Positions 29,899-39,550 of a stretch of DNA of 64,000 nucleotides are shown in pieces (the first letter of the stretch is position 1; each line of letters starts with the position of its first letter). Below the pieces are notes generated by a model. It did not search any database. It saw only the letters and a list, made by a program, of their open reading frames with translations, and was not told the DNA's origin. Origin of the DNA: Pseudomonadota bacterium (GTDB lineage Bacteria > Bdellovibrionota_B > Oligoflexia > Silvanigrellales > Silvanigrellaceae); the NCBI GenBank assembly GCA_039799905.1, contig JBDLRP010000021.1, positions 96,001 through 160,000 on the forward strand, read 5' to 3'. The translations under genes were made by a program, and so were the position numbers.

Positions 29899-29975
29899 GG
29901 GGGCGTAGTAGAGTTGGTTACAACGCTGGCCTGTCACGCCGGAGGTCGCGGGTTCAAGTCCCGTCGCTCCCGCCA
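29899..29975 (+). tRNA. tRNA-Asp (GTC)
   Basis: GGGGGCG/CGCTCCC acceptor stem, CTGGC-CTGTCAC-GCCGG anticodon arm, TTCAAGT T-loop, encoded CCA. Confidence 0.97.
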
Positions 29976-29984
29976 TCCCCTTGC

Positions 29985-30018
29985 AAAACCTCGGTTCTCA
30001 CGAACCGAGGTTTTTTTT
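29985..30018 (+). terminator. Intrinsic terminator after tRNA-Asp
   Basis: AAAACCTCGGTTC-loop-GAACCGAGGTTTTTTTT. Confidence 0.9.
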
Positions 30019-30064
30019 ATTTTCGAAGATTCGCATTATTGAGCCCAAATCAGGAAAGTCACTG

Positions 30065-30637
30065 GTGGAACGAGAAGAGAAATCCGATGAGATTTTTGAA
30101 GGTCTTGAAGACGGTTCACTCATTGGCTGTTTTTTTGAGAGCTGCACATTCCGCCGGTGTAAATTTATAGGTCGAGAGCTCAGAAACTGCCGTTTCATCG
30201 ACTGCACTTTCGAAAATTGTGACTTCAGTGTCGCGACCGTCACGGGCTCATCTTTCCGCAATGCAACCTTCAAAGACTGCAAGGCTATCGGTGTCAATTG
30301 GAGCAAATCGGCTGGCATTCACTCTGCGAAGTTCCATCAGTGCAAACTCAACGACTCCTCATTTACGATGGTCGACATGCGCGGAACCTTGTTTGAGGAT
30401 TGTTTGCTCGAGGGGGTGGATTTCCGCGAGACAAGGCTGGAGAAATCAAAATTTCCCAACTGCCGGATGAACGGAGCACAATTCAACAAAACCAATCTGG
30501 TTGACACAGACTTCTCGCAGGCCAATGGCTATTTTTTTGATCCACGCGAAAATCGCCTGAAAAATACGAAGGTCTCACTCCCAGAAGCGATGGGACTTCT
30601 GGAGTCGCTTGGCGCAGTGCTGACAATTCATTCATAG
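30065..30637 (+). CDS. Pentapeptide repeat protein (MfpA/Qnr-like fold)
   Basis: FESCTFRRCKF, FIDCTFENCDFS, FKDCK..GVNW repeats; GTG start after AGGAA. Confidence 0.9.
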   Translation: MEREEKSDEIFEGLEDGSLIGCFFESCTFRRCKFIGRELRNCRFIDCTFENCDFSVATVTGSSFRNATFKDCKAIGVNWSKSAGIHSAKFHQCKLNDSSFTMVDMRGTLFEDCLLEGVDFRETRLEKSKFPNCRMNGAQFNKTNLVDTDFSQANGYFFDPRENRLKNTKVSLPEAMGLLESLGAVLTIHS

Positions 30638-30694
30638 ATGAACAGACGTACCAGCGGGTCGACCTTCAAGTTTCTCAGATTTTTAGGAGAAAAG

Positions 30695-30770
30695 TGGCAG
30701 GCCAGGAGGGATTCGAACCCACAACCCGTTGATTTGGAATCAACTGCTCTACCGTTGGAGCTACTGACCT
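30695..30770 (-). tRNA. tRNA-Trp (CCA)
   Basis: Reverse complement AGGTCAG...GTTGA-TTCCAAA-TCAAC...TTCGAAT...CTGGCCT-G-CCA. Confidence 0.96.
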
Positions 30771-30862
30771 AAGTGTGGAGGCTTTATGCCGGAAGCCAGC
30801 CTGCGGTCAAGTTTTGACGGCGCAGACGAAACGTGTTTTCGTCGCGGCGGAGGTTGAGTCAC

Positions 30863-31462
30863 ATGGTCCGCAAACAAATTCTCGCAGCAAAGTTCAAGGG
30901 TCTACGTTCCAGAATCATGCCCAAAGCCGGCGAAAAACTCGGTCGCGCGCTCAAGCGTCTTCCAGTCGAAGTCAGCGGCGGCTTGCCTGTACTTGCTTTG
31001 GAAAACTCCCGAGCAGAACATGATGCGGTTTCTGAAATTAGCTACGCAACCGCTTTATCTGCAGGATTCGACCTGCGTGCTGCCGATGACCTCGTCATAC
31101 CTCCAGGTGAGTGGCGGCTCGTCGATACGGGGCTCCGCCTCGCAGCGCAGGAAAACAAACCCGTGGCGCGAATTCGCCTTGGTCGGACAGGTTTCGACGT
31201 TGTGGCTGAGCTGCAGATCCGCCCACGCAGCGGTCTTGCGGTCAAGCGTGGGATCACAGTACTCAACTCGCCCGGAACGGTGGATGCTGACTATGAGGGC
31301 AAAATTATGACTTGCCTCATGAATCATGGCAGCGAACCCTTCAAAATCACAAAAGGTGACAAGGTCTCGCAGGGAGTCTTTGCACTTGCCATCCGCCCCC
31401 ACTCGGTTTCAGTGTCTGACACCTCACGCGGGCAGGGCGGCTTCGGGTCGACCGGCCACTAA
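30863..31462 (+). CDS. dut: dUTP diphosphatase with basic N-terminal extension
   Basis: SAGFDL, RPRSGLA, GTVDADYEG, Q, RGQGGFGSTG; GGAGG RBS. Confidence 0.96.
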   Translation: MVRKQILAAKFKGLRSRIMPKAGEKLGRALKRLPVEVSGGLPVLALENSRAEHDAVSEISYATALSAGFDLRAADDLVIPPGEWRLVDTGLRLAAQENKPVARIRLGRTGFDVVAELQIRPRSGLAVKRGITVLNSPGTVDADYEGKIMTCLMNHGSEPFKITKGDKVSQGVFALAIRPHSVSVSDTSRGQGGFGSTGH

Positions 31463-31623
31463 ACTCTGGTCATTGCAAGATATTCAGTATTGACGGCGAT
31501 AAGACCGCGTCAGGCCATTTGACTTCTCGGCCAAGCTTGGGCAGACTCCCGTTGAGCGCCACACACTGCAGCAGATTGTAACTTCAGCTACTGCAGACAT
31601 GGTGCCTACATAGGAGCTGCCCC

Positions 31624-31977
31624 ATGGGCGATGCCAGTCAGGCTGGAAATTTGAGTAAGTCCCGTTTTCGTTCGCAATTGATTATCGAAGGTCAGCAGAG
31701 CAACAGCACTGAAACTGACGAATGTGTGCCTCTAGAGCGATTTCCCGTGCTCTATACCCACTCCGAAAATGACACGGCTCTCGCCCTTGTCCCTAATGGA
31801 CAAGTAGTCTGTCGTTCACTCGAAGAACTCTTGATTCATCTTGAATGCGACGTCGTAGAATCACTGTGGTTTGATGAAACAGTCTCTCCGCAGGAGCGCA
31901 GCTACATCACCGGCTGGGCAAGAATTTTCAGGCCCGCAGTCTCCTCGCACAAGCTTCAGGAGAAGATCGCCAATTAA
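31624..31977 (+). CDS. Hypothetical protein upstream of pilM
   Basis: 117-aa ORF with AGGAG RBS. Confidence 0.65.
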   Translation: MGDASQAGNLSKSRFRSQLIIEGQQSNSTETDECVPLERFPVLYTHSENDTALALVPNGQVVCRSLEELLIHLECDVVESLWFDETVSPQERSYITGWARIFRPAVSSHKLQEKIAN

Positions 31978-32097
31978 GTGATTTGTCAGCCTCCGTCATT
32001 GCACTGACTCGGGGCTGAAATCTTTTCATCAAGTACTCACTGCAGTTCTTTCATCATGTCTAACAGTGCCTGAGTGCATTGGAAGGACGTGAATTGA

Positions 32098-33189
32098 ATG
32101 GCGCCTTCGCTGTTGAGCCTATTTAAGAGCAACTCCAGTATACAGCTGGGCATCGATGTCGGTGCTTCAGCTGTAAAAGTCGTTGCACTCGAAAAATCAG
32201 GACGGAGTTACAAGCTCCTCGGACTCGGCTGGGAGGAGACTCCGCCGGGATGTGTCGTCGACGGAAGTTTGAGCGACACAAAGACAATCGCGCGGGTTGT
32301 GACAGATGCACTTCGGCAAACCAAACTGTCATTCAAAGGCGCGTCAGCAACTGTCGGCCTGCGCGGAATCAACGTCGTTTTCAAACGGATTTCGATTCCC
32401 TTTCAGGGAGTCGCAGAGATCGGCAAGCAAGTGGTTCTGGAAGCCCAGCAACATGTCGATTCCGATCTCGCGAATTGGGAAATCGACTATGAACCCATCG
32501 GTGAACCGACGACCGAAGGTCAGCTGCAGATTCTATTGGTCGCGGCGCGAAAAAGCGTCGTCGAACAGTATGTCGAAATGCTCAAGCAAGTGGGCGTCCG
32601 CCCTGCAGTACTGGACTGCGACGCATTTGCCATTTCAAATTCGTTTGAACAAGTTATGCCGGAAGGCGCGCGCACAAATTTGTGTGTTGACGTTGGTCGC
32701 GACAGCACAAAAATCCACCTCTCTGTTGGTGGCATGACCAACATCATAAGAAGCCTGCCGGTTGGCGGCTCGCACTTCACGGACCTGCTCTCAAGACAGT
32801 TGGGCATCAGCCACACTGAGGCCGAGACGCTCAAGTGGAGTGTGGGCAACCCGGAATTCGTCGCAGGGCATCCGCAGGTTGAGGAAATCTGCAGACAACA
32901 CACCTCGGAACTCTGTGAAGAAATAAAAAAGACAATGGAATTCTACGCGGGAATGGAAACCAACGCGGCCATTCGAGAAATCGATTCCATCGTGCTGTCG
33001 GGCGGCGGTTCGGTCGTCCCGGGCCTCAGCGAGGAAATAAGCAACCTGCTGAACGCGGACACCGTTTATGCAACACCTTTTCGCGGTATGGAGTTGAGTT
33101 CAAAAGACCAAGAGAATGTCACATCGCGATACTCGCATCAATTTGCGGTCGCAACGGGTCTGGCCCTTCGCAGGGAGGGCGATAAATAA
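32098..33189 (+). CDS. pilM: Type IV pilus assembly protein PilM
   Basis: GIDVGASAVK actin-like fold, LVAARK, VDVG, LSGGGS, FAVATGLALR. Confidence 0.95.
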   Translation: MAPSLLSLFKSNSSIQLGIDVGASAVKVVALEKSGRSYKLLGLGWEETPPGCVVDGSLSDTKTIARVVTDALRQTKLSFKGASATVGLRGINVVFKRISIPFQGVAEIGKQVVLEAQQHVDSDLANWEIDYEPIGEPTTEGQLQILLVAARKSVVEQYVEMLKQVGVRPAVLDCDAFAISNSFEQVMPEGARTNLCVDVGRDSTKIHLSVGGMTNIIRSLPVGGSHFTDLLSRQLGISHTEAETLKWSVGNPEFVAGHPQVEEICRQHTSELCEEIKKTMEFYAGMETNAAIREIDSIVLSGGGSVVPGLSEEISNLLNADTVYATPFRGMELSSKDQENVTSRYSHQFAVATGLALRREGDK

Positions 33190-33854
33190 TGATTCGCATA
33201 AACCTTGCGCCACAGGTTGATCAGACCGTCGGAAGAAACAGTCTTGCGCTGCATGCGAGCATCGTAATTTTATTGTGCTTTGGAGCGTATCTTGGAATTG
33301 AATATCACTCCAACAGTCTCGACGCGCGGGCACAGGAGATAGACGATAAAATCGCCGAACTGCAAAACTCCAAGAGCAGCTTGAACAAAGAAATTGAGAG
33401 AACCAAAGAGATTCGTGCAAGAACTGAACAAATAAAAACCCGATCCGCTCGCGTTCGACAGCTGGGTGAAGGACGAAAAATTGCAATAATCTTGTTAGAC
33501 AGTCTTCAATCTAAGCATCCAGAACGAATGTGGTTCACAAAAATTTCCTATTCGCTAAAAAACAAAAGTCTCGTGCTCAACGGCTACGCCCTCGATCACA
33601 CGGTCATTGCCGACTATATGAAACGACTCAAAGAGATTGGAAAAATCGACACTACCGACGCAAGTGAAATGAAGGACTTCATTCCGCCGCAGCTGCTCAA
33701 TTCAGATTTGAAACAATCCTCCGTTACAGTACCGGTCAGAAGTGAGGTGCAAAAACTCGACCAAGTCACTTTGAAACAGCTCGTCAGCAGCGAGGAACTG
33801 CAGGGCGTCACCCTGCAGAAGTTCGAAATCAGCATTCGCATCACCGATGGGTAA
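33189..33854 (+). CDS. pilN: Type IV pilus assembly protein PilN
   Basis: MIRINLAP motif, TM, coiled coil, P.RMWF. Confidence 0.93.
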   Translation: MIRINLAPQVDQTVGRNSLALHASIVILLCFGAYLGIEYHSNSLDARAQEIDDKIAELQNSKSSLNKEIERTKEIRARTEQIKTRSARVRQLGEGRKIAIILLDSLQSKHPERMWFTKISYSLKNKSLVLNGYALDHTVIADYMKRLKEIGKIDTTDASEMKDFIPPQLLNSDLKQSSVTVPVRSEVQKLDQVTLKQLVSSEELQGVTLQKFEISIRITDG

Positions 33855-33861
33855 TTAGTTT

Positions 33862-34683
33862 ATGTCAGATATCGTCCGCCAATATGAGCAGTTCCCGATT
33901 GCGTTCAAGTTGCTGGGCGCATTGCTCTTCGTTGCCGGAACCTCTTACATGGCATGGGAAGAATTTATGGTCCCCAAACTCGTCGTCATAGAAGAGAAGG
34001 AACAAAATCGTACAACCATAGAAGCAGAGCTAAAGGCTCTCAACAACAGCCTGGTGAGTCCGGTCAGTCTGGAAGAAGAACTCTCACTTGCGAATCGGGA
34101 GTTCCGCAGGTTGGTCGAGCTGCTGCCTCAGGATTCTTCTGTAGACCGAGTACTGAATGATTTTGCGAGTCTTTCCAGAGTCACAGGCACAGAAATCCGA
34201 GAATTTATCCCCAGTGCCGAACTCAATGCACTCGCAACGATTGGCGGCAACGGGCAGGCAGTGGTGCAACCTACCGGCAACACAAATACACAAACTGCAA
34301 ACCAAAACAAAGCTGTTGTTGAACTCGAGGAGACAAATGCAATTGGCCTGCAGATGAAGATGCAGGGTACATTTCCAGCCATTGTCTCGTTTTTGGACAT
34401 GGCAATGGCAATTCCGCGCGTGGTGCGAATTCAGGATTTTGAAATTATTAATGCAGACAAAGAAGTCAAACTGACACAAAAACCAAAACTGACTTTCAAC
34501 GGTTTGTTTTATGCGTACTTTCAAAAACCTGGAATTGCTGATGCAGCGCCCGAGAATTCCGAAGCAACGCCAACTGGAAAATCCAAAAGTCCAACAGCAG
34601 CAATCAGCAAGCCGGCAGTGGATCTAAATGAGGTTCTGGACAAGTCTTTTTCAGCGAAGCCGGCAAACGGAGAACAGCGATGA
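33862..34683 (+). CDS. pilO: Type IV pilus assembly protein PilO
   Basis: TM, coiled coil, LLP, GTF..IVSF...IPRVV; operon position. Confidence 0.92.
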   Translation: MSDIVRQYEQFPIAFKLLGALLFVAGTSYMAWEEFMVPKLVVIEEKEQNRTTIEAELKALNNSLVSPVSLEEELSLANREFRRLVELLPQDSSVDRVLNDFASLSRVTGTEIREFIPSAELNALATIGGNGQAVVQPTGNTNTQTANQNKAVVELEETNAIGLQMKMQGTFPAIVSFLDMAMAIPRVVRIQDFEIINADKEVKLTQKPKLTFNGLFYAYFQKPGIADAAPENSEATPTGKSKSPTAAISKPAVDLNEVLDKSFSAKPANGEQR

Positions 34684-35129
34684 GTTGCATCAAATCTTGC
34701 AAAAGTCGATTCTTCATTGCGACGCTCCTCGCCTGTTTGTGCGCAGGCTATACATACAGACCAGAGGGAAAACCGGACCCATTTGCCCCTCTTTCGCTGA
34801 TTCGTCCGACACTCTCTGGCACAACAAGACTTCAACAGCACGAAATCGCAGAATTTGAGCTCGTGGGAACACTCTTCGGCAAAGAGCCGTCAGCCTTGCT
34901 GATGACTCCCGATCCCAAAGAGGGAATTGTTGCGCGTGTCGGCGACCGTATCGGCCGACATGGCGGCCGTATTGTTTCCATTACGCGTGACCGAGTTTTG
35001 ACCCGTGAACCATCCGTCAATTCGGTGCCCGGTCAAAACATCCAGTTCACCGACATCGTGATTCCAATTTCAAAATCCAAGTTGACCGAAGCTCCCAAGG
35101 AGAAGGCAAATGAAGTTGCACCAAGATAG
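34680..35129 (+). CDS. pilP: Type IV pilus assembly protein PilP
   Basis: YTYRPEGKPDPF, LVGTL, VGDRIGRHGGRIVSI. Confidence 0.9.
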   Translation: MSCIKSCKSRFFIATLLACLCAGYTYRPEGKPDPFAPLSLIRPTLSGTTRLQQHEIAEFELVGTLFGKEPSALLMTPDPKEGIVARVGDRIGRHGGRIVSITRDRVLTREPSVNSVPGQNIQFTDIVIPISKSKLTEAPKEKANEVAPR

Positions 35130-37104
35130 TAGAACACCGGTAGCTTCAATTCTTCTTCTGAGCGTGCCGCTTGTCTTCACAGCAGCACGTGCTCTGGGGC
35201 AAGGAAATGGCTACTCTGTTCCGCCGCCACAAGTGAATAACAGCAACTACGGCGTCGAACAGTCACAAATCAACACCGCAACAAACACCTCAGATGCGAC
35301 AAAAGTCGCGGAGACGACTGGTTCAGCGGAAGGCAACCTCATCTCTCTTGAATACAGAAACGCCCCATTGATTGAAGTGATTCGGACTTTGGCTGAAGGC
35401 GCAAATATAAACGTGACACTCTCGTCCGAAGTCGAGCGTGGCAGCCCCGTTACAATCAGGCTCAACAAAGTTACCTATGAACAAGCCATCAAAGCAATTC
35501 TCGATACATATAAATTTGGGTCAATTTACGAAAACGGGATTTTGAAGATCGACACTCTGGCGAATCTCAATGCCCAACGTGAAGCGCTGCTCAAGGAAAA
35601 GGAAGCGTCTTGGAAACTTCTTCCAACAAAACGTCTTGTCTGGCAGGTAAACTACGCAAAGGCTGTTGAGCTGCAGCCGATTCTCGACACCATGCTCAAA
35701 GGATATAAAATCGATCCGCGTTTTTCGATTGTTGCCGACAAGCGAACCAATAAGCTTATTATCGAAGGTATTAACGACGCTCTCGTTGAAACAAAAGCAA
35801 TTCTTGAAAATCTCGACAAACGAAAACAACAGGTCCTCATCGAGGCAAGAATTGTTGAAGCGAGCAATGAACTTTCCAAAACACTCAGCGTTACGTGGGG
35901 AACCCGATTTGGTTTTGACGGAAACCGCGGTTTGGCGAATGGACTAATCTTTCCCAACTCACTGACAGGAAACATTGGTGGCGCCGGAGCGTTAGGCGGA
36001 AGCGCACCAGCCCCCGGTCTGGCCAATTCACCGACTCAGCTTGGAACACTTCAATTCACGGTCGGCTCAATCAACAACCTGGTCAATATCGATGCTGTTT
36101 TGCGCGCCTATGAAACGGAATCTCTGGCGAACGTCATCGCATCGCCGCGGGTTGTCGTTCAGGATCAGGAAAAGGCCGTCATCAATGAAGATGTCAGTCT
36201 CTCGCGCTCGGTATTGGGTCCGGACGGCAAGCCGGAAGGACGAAACACGGTAGCTTCACTAAGCCTACAGGTGTCACCGCAGGTGACATCAGAAAACACT
36301 CTTGAGTTGGATATCAACGTCACAAGACAAACCCCGACCAACCCGCCGACCGATCCGGTTCAAGGGTCAATCAAAAGAACAGCAAACACAAAGTTGATTG
36401 TCGCGAACGGAGAAACTGCGGTGATCGGCGGTCTGTATCAGACACAAAAATTTAAAGGACAGGGCAGAGTCCCAATCCTTGGAAGATTGCCGATCATTGG
36501 AGCGCTGTTCAGAACCAATGAAGAACAAACCTTTCGCAGTGAGCTCATGGTTCTCATAACACCCCGCATTTTGCCCGGTGGTCAAGGTCGTCCGGCTGCC
36601 AAAGCAGATCTGCCATTGCTCAACGGTTCAACAAACACCGGTGGAGAAAACGGCTTTGGAAACTCAAATGGTGGGAATGATTTCTCGAACAACGCCAATT
36701 CCAACAATGGCAACAGTGCCGGCAACACGGCCGCGCCGTTCAACAACGGCGCAGCGGCAGGCAAAACCAATGTGGTGACGCCTCCACCTGCCGGTGGAGC
36801 CAACAATCTGGGCGACGCAAATGACTTCGGAACCAACGTTGGAGGCGGAGGCAACGGCGCTGACCTGGGCAATGCGGGCGGCAATACAACCAATGCTGCA
36901 AACAACCTTGGCGGTACAAACAACCTGAACAACCTCAACGGCGGCGGCAACAACACTGGCGGCAACTCAGGCGGAGACGGCGCCGGCAACGATGCGGGCG
37001 ATTTGAACAACCTTGGCAACAATGGCGGAGGCAACGCTCCGGCCAATGACAACGGTGCGTCGGGAGGCAACAACCTCAACAACCTCAACGGAGGTGACTT
37101 TTGA
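35110..37104 (+). CDS. pilQ: Type IV pilus secretin PilQ with N/G-rich C-terminal tail
   Basis: ISLEYRNA N0 domain, VNYAKA, DKRTN, QVLIEARIVEA, NGETAVIGGL, VPILGRLPIIGALF, ELMVLITPRI. Confidence 0.95.
   Translation: MKLHQDSRTPVASILLLSVPLVFTAARALGQGNGYSVPPPQVNNSNYGVEQSQINTATNTSDATKVAETTGSAEGNLISLEYRNAPLIEVIRTLAEGANINVTLSSEVERGSPVTIRLNKVTYEQAIKAILDTYKFGSIYENGILKIDTLANLNAQREALLKEKEASWKLLPTKRLVWQVNYAKAVELQPILDTMLKGYKIDPRFSIVADKRTNKLIIEGINDALVETKAILENLDKRKQQVLIEARIVEASNELSKTLSVTWGTRFGFDGNRGLANGLIFPNSLTGNIGGAGALGGSAPAPGLANSPTQLGTLQFTVGSINNLVNIDAVLRAYETESLANVIASPRVVVQDQEKAVINEDVSLSRSVLGPDGKPEGRNTVASLSLQVSPQVTSENTLELDINVTRQTPTNPPTDPVQGSIKRTANTKLIVANGETAVIGGLYQTQKFKGQGRVPILGRLPIIGALFRTNEEQTFRSELMVLITPRILPGGQGRPAAKADLPLLNGSTNTGGENGFGNSNGGNDFSNNANSNNGNSAGNTAAPFNNGAAAGKTNVVTPPPAGGANNLGDANDFGTNVGGGGNGADLGNAGGNTTNAANNLGGTNNLNNLNGGGNNTGGNSGGDGAGNDAGDLNNLGNNGGGNAPANDNGASGGNNLNNLNGGDF
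36571..37101 (+). repeat. Asn/Gly low-complexity coding repeat (NNL/NGG/NDF units)
   Basis: AAC/GGC-rich DNA; NNLNNLNGG occurs twice, NNLG three times. Confidence 0.85.
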
Positions 37105-37649
37105 AAAAATTCCCTTGTTCTCGCTTTTCACAAAGCACATTCAAACTGGGATGTTTATTGATTCCCGTGTTGACCTTTTTGGGAATTCAGAGCTGCTCGA
37201 CAGTGGAGGAAGGCACGGGCCGCTGCAAGGCGTTCAAGGACCCGAAGTACGTTGCTTCATCACAGGACACTGACGGCAAAAAATGGCAGCTCTTGGTAAC
37301 TCCTGATGTTGTCGACCTCAAGTGTGATTCCAAGGGTGCTGTAGGAGAGCTTTATTTCACTGCAACGGTCCTTGATGGACAGGGATTTACCAAACCTGCG
37401 CTTGCGATCGAAGGACAGTTTGTTGGATCGATCCAGTCGGCAGATGGAGGCGGATTCGCCAAAGTAAAGGACGAAAGTGACAGTGCGACCGACTCGTGCG
37501 GAACGGCGGTCTTTAAATACACATGGACCTGTCCCGACGCAAAAAAGTCAACGGGAGGGTTCTTTTACGGAACCAGCGGACCCTTGGCGAGCAAGGCTGT
37601 CAAGGTTACACTCGAGCACATTGTCCAGCAGGATCAGATCATCAGATAA
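37101..37649 (+). CDS. Putative lipoprotein, beta-rich (possibly Ig-like)
   Basis: TTG start overlapping the pilQ stop; lipobox-like IQSC; TDSCGTAVFKYT resembles Big-domain TDxxGxA. Confidence 0.7.
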   Translation: MKKFPCSRFSQSTFKLGCLLIPVLTFLGIQSCSTVEEGTGRCKAFKDPKYVASSQDTDGKKWQLLVTPDVVDLKCDSKGAVGELYFTATVLDGQGFTKPALAIEGQFVGSIQSADGGGFAKVKDESDSATDSCGTAVFKYTWTCPDAKKSTGGFFYGTSGPLASKAVKVTLEHIVQQDQIIR

Positions 37650-37742
37650 TGACATCTTTACCTCTGTTCTGATCGCCGCGGCTTTCTGCTATTCTGGAGA
37701 GGTTCTCAGGAACCATTCTTCTCGAGCGAGGATACCGCCCGC

Positions 37743-39065
37743 ATGGCTTTGAACTTCAAATCCCTTTGGTCTCAACTCAGCGGTCTCACTCCCCAAGAAA
37801 AAGAGCTGATCGATCAGTTCGACAAAGATCCCAAAGCAACAACCCTCGTGGCATCGTCAGACATCCTACGTAAGCGCGGTTACATCGATGAAGCCATCGT
37901 CCTGCTCGAGGATACGGTCAAACGCTTTCCAAATTACATGGCAGCACGCGTGGCACTCGGGCGAGACTACTATTCGCGTGGAATGTTCAGCGAGGCACAA
38001 AAGGAAATTGAGCTGGCCCTATCGCAGTCCATGGAAAATCTGATGGCACAGCGCCTGCAGCTCAAACTCTCTTTGCTCAATCACGATCAAGCAAAAGTCC
38101 TGACCACGGTCGAAGTTCTTCGTGCGCTGACACCCATGGACGAATTCACCCGCTCCGCAAAAGAGTACATCGATCTGGGTGACTTTACATCGGCGCGCAA
38201 TATCGTACTCGCCGATCTCCGGCGTTTTGGTATCACTCCGCCCGACGGGCAAAATACGCAGAGTAAATCGGATTCAACCCAGCAGACTCAGCCGCAGTTG
38301 CGCAGCGCTTCAGCTGTTCCATTCTCGCTCAACCAGCAAACTGCAGCTCCGCAATCGGTCGTGACAGAAAATCAATCTGCAGCGAAAAATGAGGAGTGGA
38401 AAGTTCCAAGTGCACAGTCTGATTCTACAGCGAACAGCTTTACTCGACCCGCCGTTGGTTCAGACGGACTGCTGAATTTCGGCTCAGGTGGAGTGAGCGT
38501 TCAGCCGGCTTTGCTCGACAATTCTGGAATCTTTGCCGACCTTCCGCCGTGGATCAATGAACAATTGTTGCCGCCGGCCTTCACACCAGGCTCAGGACTC
38601 GCCAATGTCCGCGGCGACCTCGATCGCTATCTGCAACTGCGTGCATTCCGGCTGATTACGTCTCCGGAGGCATTTTCACGCAAACGCGCACTGCAGCAAG
38701 CATACAGCCTCGAGAGCACGACACTTGCCGACATCTATGCAAGTCAGGGACATTTTGAACGAGCGATCAGCATCTATGAACGTCTTCTCAAAGAGAATCC
38801 GAGTCAGCTTTCGCTCAGGCAGAAACTCGACAAACTTCAGGAAGACGCAAAACAAGCTGCAGCGGAGCGTTATGGAGCTCCGCAGACTCCCGCACGTCCG
38901 CAGGCACCATCGCAGTCCGCTGCACAGGCTGAGCGTGAACGCAAACTAAAATTCCTCGAAGCCTTGCTCAAAAAGATGGACGACCGTGTCGATTCCCACA
39001 ATACGGTTCCACAAAACACTGCGGTCCAATGGCCCGACGAAACCAGACCACGGGGTGAAAAATGA
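37743..39065 (+). CDS. Tetratricopeptide repeat protein
   Basis: N-terminal TPRs (EAIVLLE...FPNYMAARVALGR) and C-terminal TPR TLADIYASQGHFERAISIYERLL. Confidence 0.88.
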   Translation: MALNFKSLWSQLSGLTPQEKELIDQFDKDPKATTLVASSDILRKRGYIDEAIVLLEDTVKRFPNYMAARVALGRDYYSRGMFSEAQKEIELALSQSMENLMAQRLQLKLSLLNHDQAKVLTTVEVLRALTPMDEFTRSAKEYIDLGDFTSARNIVLADLRRFGITPPDGQNTQSKSDSTQQTQPQLRSASAVPFSLNQQTAAPQSVVTENQSAAKNEEWKVPSAQSDSTANSFTRPAVGSDGLLNFGSGGVSVQPALLDNSGIFADLPPWINEQLLPPAFTPGSGLANVRGDLDRYLQLRAFRLITSPEAFSRKRALQQAYSLESTTLADIYASQGHFERAISIYERLLKENPSQLSLRQKLDKLQEDAKQAAAERYGAPQTPARPQAPSQSAAQAERERKLKFLEALLKKMDDRVDSHNTVPQNTAVQWPDETRPRGEK

Positions 39066-39550
39066 TAAAAATCCTCCTCATCCATGGTCCGAATCTCGGT
39101 TTACTTGGCCGGCGTGAGCCAAAGACCTACGGTCATGAAACACAAGAAGATCTGCTCGAACGAGTAAAGCGCGAATGTTCTCCGTCACGCTATGAAGTGG
39201 AGTTGGTACAATCCAACCACGAAGGTGTCGTGCTCGATGTTCTCAATCAGATTGTCCGCGACTACCATGCCGGCAGCTCGCCGGTCGGTGGAATACTTAT
39301 CAATCCAGGCGCTTGGACCCACACAAGTATTGCCCTGCGTGATGCGCTGTCCATGGTTCAGGAAACAGGTCTTCCGGTCATTGAAATTCACCTGAGCAAC
39401 ACGGCAGCGCGCGAAGAATTCCGACACGCCTCTATGGTTGCTCCGGTCGTCACCGGAGGAGTCGTCGGACTTGGCGCCGCAGGCTACACCGCGGCAGCAC
39501 GTGCGCTGGTCGAACTGATTCAAAAGAAATCAAACGTCAGAGGTCGATAA
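39062..39550 (+). CDS. aroQ: Type II 3-dehydroquinate dehydratase
   Basis: HGPNL.LLG.REP..YG, QSNHEG, INPGAWTHTS, EIHLSN..AREEFRH. Confidence 0.97.
   Translation: MIKILLIHGPNLGLLGRREPKTYGHETQEDLLERVKRECSPSRYEVELVQSNHEGVVLDVLNQIVRDYHAGSSPVGGILINPGAWTHTSIALRDALSMVQETGLPVIEIHLSNTAAREEFRHASMVAPVVTGGVVGLGAAGYTAAARALVELIQKKSNVRGR

Noticed and set aside
29899..30770. Prophage or integrative element at the tRNAs
   Set aside because: No integrase, att duplication or phage genes seen.
36880..37100. Possible CRISPR or tandem DNA repeat (AACAACCT units)
   Set aside because: In-frame coding low complexity within pilQ; no constant repeat-spacer period and no cas genes.
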